Below, piece by piece: positions 18,733 to 26,897 of a DNA stretch of 64,000 nucleotides. The DNA comes from Escherichia phage vB_EcoM_Lh1B: sequence record OK428535.1. One strand, written 5' to 3'. The notes under the pieces are model-generated. The model saw only the letters and a list, made by a program, of their open reading frames with translations, was not told where the DNA came from and ran no database searches. The stretch's first letter is position 1. Every line of letters starts with the position of its first letter. A program made the position numbers and the translations under genes.

Positions 18733-20250
18733 ATTGACAGAATGAGAAAGGTACCAAAATTCTACGGAATATCCGGCCGGTTGGTTAGTCAGGATAACTA
18801 TTTGTCCGATTTGCAAATAGAAGCTGCTGCCAAAGGTATTAAACCACCCACTATTATTAACGATGTCGCCGTTAACGGGGATGCGATCGAGGTTGCTGAA
18901 CTTATCGATCGCATGGTACAGAACAGAATCGTTGACGAAGAACTGAACTCTGCACCGATTTGTAGTTTGGATTGTCCGGCACCGATCGCGCATCGTTACA
19001 ATCTCGGTTGTAAGTGTCCGACGTGTGGCTATGTTGTAACTGAACATCGAATTGAATCCGATGTCTGGTTACGTGCACCTGATGAAATGGGTAACTTCGT
19101 CAACCCACGATTCTGGGCAATGTTCAATGCTTTCTTTAATAGCAAGTTGAAGAAGTTTGAACGTAACAAGGTCACTATCGAACGCGGTAATGACTTGATG
19201 ATGTGGATGATTGACCCGTATTACCGTATAGAAGAACCAGACGGTAAACGCGCACATGCTGTGAAACGTGTATTGGAAGAACATGGTTTCGTTCGTGGCT
19301 TGCGCAATCTGGTTGATAACCACGTTAGTATCTTTAACATCCTTACCACGCCAGAAGCCTGGAAGGAAATCTTCGCACCTAATCGGCATAACGCCGCTGA
19401 AGGTGAACGCTTACGTTTACAATGGAAGGAGCTATTCGAAACGCAACGTCACGCATTCTTTCCAAGACATTTACCGCTAATCTCCTCTAAACTTATCGTT
19501 ACTGAGGAAGGTCGTCGTGGTGTCATGGTAGACCCAGTGTTCACGGGTGCTATTGACGCGGTGAAAAATATCGCGTTGCTCTATACGCGGCGTAAAGCGA
19601 TCGAACCACGTTTTCTGATTAGTCGTGCTTTGAAGGCGAACCGTCAGCTAACGTACTTCCACATGGACTTCCGTCGTGAGTCTATGGAAGGTAAACCGGG
19701 TGACTATCGTGCGAAATTGGGTTCTACCCATATCCCGTTCGGTGGTCGTGCAACCATCTCACCTATCTCAGAACCACACGATGCCTGGAAGTTAAAAGCA
19801 CCGTGGCGTTGGATGGTTGGGTTGATGTCGACCCACATCGAGAACAAACTGCTACGACGGGGTTATTCGTCGCGGCAATGTGAGCGTATCGTTGCAAAAG
19901 CGGCAATGCAGTATGACCCGCTTGTAGACGAAATCTTTAAAGAACTGATTCGTGAATCCCCAGGCGGTCTTGGGATCATGGTCATACCGTTACGTAACCC
20001 AACGCTGGTACAGTTGTCTATTCAAACGCTGTACATCGATGAAGTTGTTACCGATGTTAACCAGTGTTCGCTGCGTATCTCTGACCGTGTGATCAAGATG
20101 GCTAACGGTTCGAAAAGAGCCCCATCGGACGGGAAACCTCTGATGCGTATTCTCCTGAAATGCTGGGAAACCCTAAAGCGTATCTACCAGAAATGGGGAC
20201 GAAAGTCTGAAACAACAGATACGATGGCCTACGCTAAACAATACTGCTAA
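18724..20250 (+). CDS. multisubunit RNA polymerase beta-prime-like subunit, N-terminal fragment
   Basis: Zinc-ribbon CSLDC...CKCPTCGYVVT (cf. beta-prime CxC...CxxCGVEVT); ELIRESP and RNPTLVQLSIQT match beta-prime EVIREHP / RAPTLHRLGIQA. Confidence 0.65.
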   Translation: MAPIDRMRKVPKFYGISGRLVSQDNYLSDLQIEAAAKGIKPPTIINDVAVNGDAIEVAELIDRMVQNRIVDEELNSAPICSLDCPAPIAHRYNLGCKCPTCGYVVTEHRIESDVWLRAPDEMGNFVNPRFWAMFNAFFNSKLKKFERNKVTIERGNDLMMWMIDPYYRIEEPDGKRAHAVKRVLEEHGFVRGLRNLVDNHVSIFNILTTPEAWKEIFAPNRHNAAEGERLRLQWKELFETQRHAFFPRHLPLISSKLIVTEEGRRGVMVDPVFTGAIDAVKNIALLYTRRKAIEPRFLISRALKANRQLTYFHMDFRRESMEGKPGDYRAKLGSTHIPFGGRATISPISEPHDAWKLKAPWRWMVGLMSTHIENKLLRRGYSSRQCERIVAKAAMQYDPLVDEIFKELIRESPGGLGIMVIPLRNPTLVQLSIQTLYIDEVVTDVNQCSLRISDRVIKMANGSKRAPSDGKPLMRILLKCWETLKRIYQKWGRKSETTDTMAYAKQYC

Positions 20251-20453
20251 CGGTTGTGATAATGGGTAATCAGCAGCGAAGCCTCGTGAGAGGAACGTTC
20301 AACGACTATCGCTGAAATGCGAGTAGGGGTCCCAGTGGACTTCGAAGTGGGAGAACACCTAAGGCGATAGCTATGGTGAAGATATAGTCTGTGCCTTATC
20401 GAGAGATAAGGAGGGTGTCTTAGCACACCTGCTGTATACGGAAACGGTATACG

Positions 20454-20693
20454 ATGGACAAACAGGATTTCGATGGTGACCAGTTCCAGGTACGTTTGCC
20501 AGTCGATGAAACTGAGATGAAGTTGGCGCTCCAATTCCGTCCAGATAACGGCTTTATGTCTTCTACTGATGTGGACCGCGTAGAACACGGCATGGTTTTA
20601 CATAACGAGCTAATCAGTATGCAGAACCAGTTCCTTATTGAAGCAGATGAGGATGATGAAGAAGGCATTCCGTTGGAAGCGGTGATGGGCTAA
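20454..20693 (+). CDS. hypothetical small acidic protein
   Basis: 79-aa ORF, weak ribosome-binding site. Confidence 0.3.
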   Translation: MDKQDFDGDQFQVRLPVDETEMKLALQFRPDNGFMSSTDVDRVEHGMVLHNELISMQNQFLIEADEDDEEGIPLEAVMG

Positions 20694-20706
20694 TAGGAGT
20701 ATTGTA

Positions 20707-21288
20707 ATGTGGCTACAAGGTAGCACGGTGTGGACGAAACAGACCGAAGGTAGCGGGGCACTCAGCGTATTCAAAGAATCGTTTTCGCTGTCTAGCCTGG
20801 CACCCGATCTCGTTGACCGTGTAAAAGAACATTGTCAGGACTTAATCTCACTGGAGCGTTTCCGTGAAACATTCAGTACCGCACGTAAATTACGTTATAG
20901 CGATGCGGTAGAGATGGTAAGACAGATCGAAGAGTTGGGTGAATTCCAGTTCGCCAATGCTGCTTTACAGCCATTCCTCGTTGCCATGCCGGAATATCGT
21001 AAGTTGTATAATGACGGTATGGCGACTGGTTATGAGAACGGCTTTTCGCGGTTGGATGTGTTCAAAGGCAATGCGTATATGCGTACCGATGACCACTTCC
21101 GCGAAGCAACATCGGGCATTTCGACGAAGTACGACGAAGATAAGATTTGGCAATGGGCTACCAATGAAGATCGTGCAGTACGACTGAGTCGAATCGATAA
21201 AGTGGATATTCAACTTAACTGGGCACGCATGTCAGCTTTCGACTGGGAAGATGATGATCCCTGTTCGGAACTTGGCGCTACGTGTTAA
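20707..21288 (+). CDS. hypothetical protein
   Basis: 193-aa ORF, AGGAG upstream. Confidence 0.5.
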   Translation: MWLQGSTVWTKQTEGSGALSVFKESFSLSSLAPDLVDRVKEHCQDLISLERFRETFSTARKLRYSDAVEMVRQIEELGEFQFANAALQPFLVAMPEYRKLYNDGMATGYENGFSRLDVFKGNAYMRTDDHFREATSGISTKYDEDKIWQWATNEDRAVRLSRIDKVDIQLNWARMSAFDWEDDDPCSELGATC

Positions 21289-21293
21289 AAAAG

Positions 21294-21320
21294 ATGGGGA
21301 TTCGGCCCCCCTTTTTTTCT
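21294..21320 (+). terminator. rho-independent terminator
   Basis: Hairpin GGGGA-TTCG-GCCCC then CCTTTTTTT. Confidence 0.6.
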
Positions 21321-21370
21321 TCACTGGGGGCTGTATGCAGCATCCTACCTTGAATTTGACAGGAGCTAAC

Positions 21371-21757
21371 ATGATTGCGGTAGGAACCTTATCCACACGT
21401 GGCTGGGCACGTACACCCCAGGAAAAGGCGCGTGAGTTGATGAACCATTACACCGAGTCTGGCTATAGCCAATCGGTGGTATATCGTGGGAACATTAAAT
21501 CACTTGCGTATACGCAAGCTGTGTTTGCACAAGATCCCGACGGGATGGTTGCCCAGATTAAAATGGATTTGGAGAACCTCTACGGGAACGTATTTCCTGC
21601 TGGCGTTGAAGTTGAAACCAGCTGGGAGTTTTTAAAAGATTCAGATGTGCGTTACCGCATCTTCATTAGTGTCCGTGTGCAAGAAGTTGTAGACGGTGAA
21701 TGGTACGATGTTGAGCGGTACGTGGATACCGAGTCGAGTGCGATTGAGGATATGTAA
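21371..21757 (+). CDS. hypothetical protein
   Basis: ATG at 21371 with AGGAG 6 nt upstream; track ORF start 21251 lies in the terminator. Confidence 0.45.
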   Translation: MIAVGTLSTRGWARTPQEKARELMNHYTESGYSQSVVYRGNIKSLAYTQAVFAQDPDGMVAQIKMDLENLYGNVFPAGVEVETSWEFLKDSDVRYRIFISVRVQEVVDGEWYDVERYVDTESSAIEDM

Positions 21758-22431
21758 TGAGCCAGGAACCTACATTTAACGGTGTACCGTTAAGTCAGAT
21801 GAATGAGCAGATGCGCTTTGAGTATAACAAACTCAAAGAGATTGAAAACGATTTGGCGGAAAGCCAGAACGTCTGTAGTGTCTTCACCGAAGCACAGTTC
21901 CGTCGACAGGGCTTACCACTGCTGTCCGGGATGCTTGATGGTACTTTTAACGAAGAGACCTGGACGGCTTACGTAGGAAGTCCATTTGTACCCCTACAGA
22001 TTGTGGACGATGCTGATAACAGCAAACTGCTATTTACCATCCCTGCTCTGCTGAACACCGGCCGCTCGTTAATCACCGTTGACGGCGAACCCTCCCTCTC
22101 CGATGAGACTGAGTACATCCGTCGTCAGGTTGATGTGATTGCAACCGTCGGTGAAACCCAGATGTACAAGATGATCGATTACACCTTAACCGGGATCGAA
22201 AATATGTCTCTGGCTGAAAATTCAGTTCGTGCGAAGTACATTATTGACTTGCTGAACTGGATTTTCCGACGCTACGGTGTGGGTGGTCAATTGCCATATC
22301 CGGAAGGGTTGGTTGAATACGTCGATAAAATTACCGGCGGTAAAAACACGGCGACAGCTGCAGAGACTTCGGTGCAAGCCCCAGCTCAAACGCAGCCAAT
22401 CGTAGGGATCGGTGATGGAGAAGATTACTAA
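21757..22431 (+). CDS. hypothetical protein
   Basis: TAATG overlap, GAGGA upstream. Confidence 0.5.
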   Translation: MSQEPTFNGVPLSQMNEQMRFEYNKLKEIENDLAESQNVCSVFTEAQFRRQGLPLLSGMLDGTFNEETWTAYVGSPFVPLQIVDDADNSKLLFTIPALLNTGRSLITVDGEPSLSDETEYIRRQVDVIATVGETQMYKMIDYTLTGIENMSLAENSVRAKYIIDLLNWIFRRYGVGGQLPYPEGLVEYVDKITGGKNTATAAETSVQAPAQTQPIVGIGDGEDY

Positions 22432-23563
22432 ACCTCCTAAGAAACCAGAAGGCGTTAAGCGCCTTTTGAACACTAACGATATCCATTTGTTGCATAAGCG
22501 TGTGCCTACTTGGCACATCGTGGATGTGATACGTGAGGTACTCATTAGCTGCGAAAATACGCTTGACGCCTTTTATATAGCAGGGGATTTATTTGATGAT
22601 TCCCGACATCTTCGCCAGGAAGATTCTCAAGAAGCTGTGGGCTTCTTGACGTGGTTGCTCCAGTGGTCTAAGGCCACTAATACCGCAGTTCGCATCGTTG
22701 AGGGAACACCATCCCATGACCATGGCCAGTCCAAAATAGTTGAGTCGCTGAACATCAGTATAGGCGCAGACTGTTTGTATTTGGCAGGGATCGGGATATT
22801 TTACGATCCGGCTCTCGATGCGATGGTAGGTTGGGTGCAGGACGAATATAAAGCTGCTGGCGTCGATGAAATTAATGCTGCTGCCACTGAGGCAGAAATG
22901 GCAGAACTGATGGCGACACGAGGCTTGGAGAAGTTAGACTTTATCTTCATGCACGGCTGCTTCCAGTTTCAACTCCCTGTCGAGTCCCCTCGTTCTTTCC
23001 ACGAGGAGTTCTGGTTGCCGAGAGTCAAGCACCTGATATTTATCGGGCATGACCATCGACCCAAGGAATTAGACAAGATAAGAGTTGTAGGTAGTCCTGA
23101 GCGACTATCTCAAGGTGAAGAGGAGGACAAAGGCGTAGCTCTTGTCGATTTCACCGATACGGTTGCCAGGGATTATTTCCTGGTTAACCCACGCGCGTGC
23201 CCGCAGAAAAAGATTCGGGCACAGGAAGACTTTGATGCGCAGTTAGCAGCTTGTCTTTCTGCATTAGAATACATCGACAATCATCCCTCGTCCGCTATTG
23301 GGCGATTTGAGGTCGAGTATTACGCAGGCTCACCGATGGCCGAATACGTCAGTCGGTGGAAAAAAGAATACACGTTCCACATTTCTGGAGAGCGTGTGCG
23401 CTCCTCTGAAGAGGAGGAGTTGTTAGTGAAGAGTTTTTCGAACGAAGCCCCAGTGTACGAAAAACCTACTCCTGAGAACTTCGAACGGTTGGTTCTCGAA
23501 GAGCTAACATCAGTGAAGTACGACCCTGATGTTGTTACTGCAATCATTAGGAAAATAGAATGA
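22415..23563 (+). CDS. calcineurin-like metallophosphoesterase, SbcD/Mre11-type nuclease candidate
   Basis: Ordered motifs NDIHL (DxH), AGDLFDD (GDxxD), GTPSHDH, FMHGCF, GHDH. Confidence 0.6.
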   Translation: MEKITKPPKKPEGVKRLLNTNDIHLLHKRVPTWHIVDVIREVLISCENTLDAFYIAGDLFDDSRHLRQEDSQEAVGFLTWLLQWSKATNTAVRIVEGTPSHDHGQSKIVESLNISIGADCLYLAGIGIFYDPALDAMVGWVQDEYKAAGVDEINAAATEAEMAELMATRGLEKLDFIFMHGCFQFQLPVESPRSFHEEFWLPRVKHLIFIGHDHRPKELDKIRVVGSPERLSQGEEEDKGVALVDFTDTVARDYFLVNPRACPQKKIRAQEDFDAQLAACLSALEYIDNHPSSAIGRFEVEYYAGSPMAEYVSRWKKEYTFHISGERVRSSEEEELLVKSFSNEAPVYEKPTPENFERLVLEELTSVKYDPDVVTAIIRKIE

Positions 23564-24396
23564 ATCCAATCAGTGTTGATCGCACTTTCGGGTTCTATTC
23601 AGTGTCAATCGCCAGTTCGCTGGCGTTTGAAGGTCTGCTGCATACCGGCGAATACGCCGACTGGAAAGGCGAATTGCCTATCCATTCCTATCAGGAAATA
23701 TACCTGAATCTCCGGACATTGTTCCGTAACGCCTTCTATGCGTTTGAAGAGAATAGAGAACGGTTAACACCCGACGTGATGCTAACATCGATTGAAGAAG
23801 ATATTAATAATCTTACGGCTACCGCGAGAGCGGTAGCCCCTTCGGTGTTATGCGTTCCGTACCTTTGTAGCTATCGTAGCGCTAACAAAGTGTTTCCCGA
23901 AGCCTCGTTCAAAAACATTGCAGGCGGTCAGGATAAGATGACGCCAAACCAGCTGCACTATAATGCACTGGAACACGACACCTTAAAAATGTACGGTGAG
24001 AAACACGAAAATGACTTCCGTCAATTCGATGTTTTCCCAGAGGGTAGCCGCGACACACTGTTACTGACCCACATGCCAGCTGATCTCCTGGCACGTAAAG
24101 ATTTCCCTAAACTGGGTTTGTTGGAATCGCACACCGGTAAAGTGAAAACACAACTGGAGTGGTACACCAAACTTAACGGGAAACCCCAACATATTCCGTT
24201 TAACAAAGCGTTCCTGACGTTGTTTGGCGACGGGATAATGTTTTCACCCCTCGATCGCAAAACGCGTGGGGTGGTGTTAAAAACCGCAGAGAAGTACAGC
24301 TGGAAACAGGATACCACAATGGACCGTATTTATAACTGTCTAAAACTGGTGAATGAGCCATTTGTAATTGAACTGCTCCGCAGGCTTATGAAGTAA
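23560..24396 (+). CDS. hypothetical protein
   Basis: 278-aa ORF, ATGA overlap with phosphoesterase gene. Confidence 0.5.
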   Translation: MNPISVDRTFGFYSVSIASSLAFEGLLHTGEYADWKGELPIHSYQEIYLNLRTLFRNAFYAFEENRERLTPDVMLTSIEEDINNLTATARAVAPSVLCVPYLCSYRSANKVFPEASFKNIAGGQDKMTPNQLHYNALEHDTLKMYGEKHENDFRQFDVFPEGSRDTLLLTHMPADLLARKDFPKLGLLESHTGKVKTQLEWYTKLNGKPQHIPFNKAFLTLFGDGIMFSPLDRKTRGVVLKTAEKYSWKQDTTMDRIYNCLKLVNEPFVIELLRRLMK

Positions 24397-24461
24397 GTTA
24401 AAATTTACGTTAGTGGGAAATCATGTGTGAACCACTAGACTGCTTTTCCGAAAAGGATGAA

Positions 24462-25115
24462 ATGATGATTAACCAAGAAATTTTCAAAGACAAATGGCTT
24501 TACCCGCAGACCGAACCGGATCAGCAAAACCGTACGCGTAAACTCAACATCGAACCGAATGATTTCAACGGCGATGTTGAAACTATGAAGTTTAGCTACT
24601 CCTTTGGTAAGGGCGAAGGTCTCTATTTCTCTGCGCCAATTACGGTTTGTCGTACCATTATCGAAGCTCTGCAGGATTGTCTGCGTAAGAGCGAAAAGAG
24701 TATGCTGAAGTTTACTAACGAAAACGGCAACAAACCGCCCGTTAGTCTGATTGTTGGCCGTGAAGACAACCTGGTACCGTTCATCGCTATTGCCGGTGAA
24801 ATCCAGGGCGTTGGTGCCCGCCAGAAGAAGTTCTACTTCTCCTACCCGAAAGGCTTCCGTATTTTCCGCGACGGTCAGCAGGTTTCTGATTTAGAACTTG
24901 CCGAGCGCTGCGCACGTGCGTTTATCACTAACTTCGAGAAGTTCTTACAGAACCTGGAAGAGAAATATAAGCCGCGTGAATTCCAGCAAGGGGGTGGTAG
25001 CTTCGGTCGTGGCGGATACGGCGGTGGCCAGGGTGGCGGTCAGCGTAGCGGCGGTTATCAACAGCAACAATCTGCACCTCCAGCAACCACTGATTCTTAC
25101 GACGAATTCCTCTAA
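24462..25115 (+). CDS. nucleic-acid-binding-like protein with Gly/Arg-rich tail (SSB-like, tentative)
   Basis: C-terminus QQGGGSFGRGGYGGGQGGGQRSGGYQQQQSAPP...DSYDEFL (Gly-rich linker, acidic/hydrophobic tip); optimal codon usage; start may instead be 24423. Confidence 0.5.
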   Translation: MMINQEIFKDKWLYPQTEPDQQNRTRKLNIEPNDFNGDVETMKFSYSFGKGEGLYFSAPITVCRTIIEALQDCLRKSEKSMLKFTNENGNKPPVSLIVGREDNLVPFIAIAGEIQGVGARQKKFYFSYPKGFRIFRDGQQVSDLELAERCARAFITNFEKFLQNLEEKYKPREFQQGGGSFGRGGYGGGQGGGQRSGGYQQQQSAPPATTDSYDEFL

Positions 25116-25200
25116 GAAACAAAATAAAAAATACGCCCAAGGGAAACCTTGGGCTATTAACGCTTATGCGTGGTCCTGCAACACACACTGTAAGAAGATT

Positions 25201-25221
25201 TAGATAGATATTATCTCAGTG
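25201..25221 (+). promoter_or_regulatory. promoter-like motif TAGATAGATATTATCTCAGTG
   Basis: Motif family copy 30 nt upstream of the ATG at 25251. Confidence 0.5.
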
Positions 25222-25250
25222 CAATCGACTATTCGCGGAGTTCAACTATA

Positions 25251-26885
25251 ATGAAAATTATGAAGATTAAAGACCGGATGACAATCGAGCATCATGGTCA
25301 AGAGGTCACATTTATTGGCTTACGTTATCGGAAGGATAACAACGCACCCGACTACATCACTGTTAAAGGTAAACAGATTGCACGCGACAACATTCTCTTC
25401 ATGGAATTACAACGCGTGTGGGATTATTTAACGCCAGACGAACAAGATGAACTGTTCATGGCGTATCTGATGCTGGACGAGCTGGCAAACGAATCGACGG
25501 AAACGCAGCGTAAGCACATGCCGAAGATTGTGCAGACGATTGCGAAGTTCCACAAGGCCGAAGTGTATCGTAAGCTGTATCCCATCGATAAGCTGTGGAT
25601 TCCGCAGAACATGGAAGATACGCACGATGAAATGAACAGTAATTATCCGGAAGCGATGACGTACATTCGTCCGGACTATTACGAGTTGTTGATACTGGTC
25701 CTGATGATTAAACCGTATATTCCGGTGTTCCTCACCATGGGGACGTTCCCGATAGGTAAGAACTTGCCAATCGAAACACATCGGAAAATGGTGTACAATC
25801 TGACATACTGTCTGGAGATGCTTCAAGACACAGAAGTCATGTCTTTACCTGCTATTCCGAAACTGCGTGGGTTCCTACAGACAGTGATGGAAAAGGTAGA
25901 AAAAGAACTGGCAAACAAAGGTACGAACAGCACCAGTTTGTCGGTACTAGCTACGGTGCGGGGCTATGGCACGGATATGATGGAAGATTATATCCTGGCG
26001 TATGCTATTATTAAATTGTTGGCTGTCCGTGAAGTCGGTGGTGAATTACCGGTTGAAATCATGGTTAACAACAATATCGTCACCGGCATGTATTTTCTGG
26101 TTAAACAAGAGATTGAAACAGGTTTTGCAAACAAAATCTCTAACCAGCCGGTGCTGTTAAAAGCGCATCCGGAAAGTGTGGTATTCAATGGCGAAAAGGG
26201 TAAGATAAACGCCATGGATTTGGTGCAGGCACGTTCTCCTGCACAGATGAAAGAATACGTCCGTACCGAGTACGTATTTAAAGAATACCGCTCTTTCTTG
26301 AAAACAATGCGTCTGGATAATGCCGCTCCAGCAGATGTTAAGTTATTGATTGATTCGCAACTGGCAACACATGACGGTCCTGTCTATACGTTGCACGAAT
26401 GGTTAGTCGCATTAGCACTCCATCGTAGCGTGCATTATAAGACGTATACTGAATGTGGACCAGAAGCGTTTCGCTACGGTATGGCGTTGGCACAGGCAAC
26501 TTATCTCAATTATGGAATGTATGACGTTGCGCAACTGTTAAGTTGCAATATGGTGCGTTCTGAGATGTCTGCCGGTTATGCAGCCGACCCAATTCGATCT
26601 GAACTCAAAGCAGATTTAGATAGATATTATCTTCAGGAGTATCGCAACCCGCGTAATCTCGAACCGCAATCTACACCACGGGAATCACTGACCTTGTTAC
26701 ACAAGGATCACATCAACCCGTATCTGTTCCATCTCAGGGCTACACCAGAAGCAGCTGCGCTGCTGAAGTGTGAGACGGATCAGCCAAACTATATACCTCA
26801 CTTGTCACTGCACAATAGCCTGGCGGAGTTTATGGTGTTGAATGCACGTCGCAAGTTAGAAGAAGTTGAATGGTTTAATTCTTAA
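25251..26885 (+). CDS. hypothetical protein
   Basis: 544-aa ORF; contains an intragenic promoter-like motif near its 3' end. Confidence 0.6.
   Translation: MKIMKIKDRMTIEHHGQEVTFIGLRYRKDNNAPDYITVKGKQIARDNILFMELQRVWDYLTPDEQDELFMAYLMLDELANESTETQRKHMPKIVQTIAKFHKAEVYRKLYPIDKLWIPQNMEDTHDEMNSNYPEAMTYIRPDYYELLILVLMIKPYIPVFLTMGTFPIGKNLPIETHRKMVYNLTYCLEMLQDTEVMSLPAIPKLRGFLQTVMEKVEKELANKGTNSTSLSVLATVRGYGTDMMEDYILAYAIIKLLAVREVGGELPVEIMVNNNIVTGMYFLVKQEIETGFANKISNQPVLLKAHPESVVFNGEKGKINAMDLVQARSPAQMKEYVRTEYVFKEYRSFLKTMRLDNAAPADVKLLIDSQLATHDGPVYTLHEWLVALALHRSVHYKTYTECGPEAFRYGMALAQATYLNYGMYDVAQLLSCNMVRSEMSAGYAADPIRSELKADLDRYYLQEYRNPRNLEPQSTPRESLTLLHKDHINPYLFHLRATPEAAALLKCETDQPNYIPHLSLHNSLAEFMVLNARRKLEEVEWFNS
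26617..26637 (+). promoter_or_regulatory. intragenic promoter-like motif TAGATAGATATTATCTTCAGG
   Basis: Motif family copy inside CDS 25251..26885, ~265 nt upstream of the next ATG. Confidence 0.4.
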
Positions 26886-26897
26886 GGAGTATTTAAA

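Noticed and set aside
25134-25153. Hairpin GCCCAAGG-GAAA-CCTTGGGC as a terminator after ORF 24462..25115
   Set aside because: Good stem but no downstream T-run; kept only as a possible RNA stability element.
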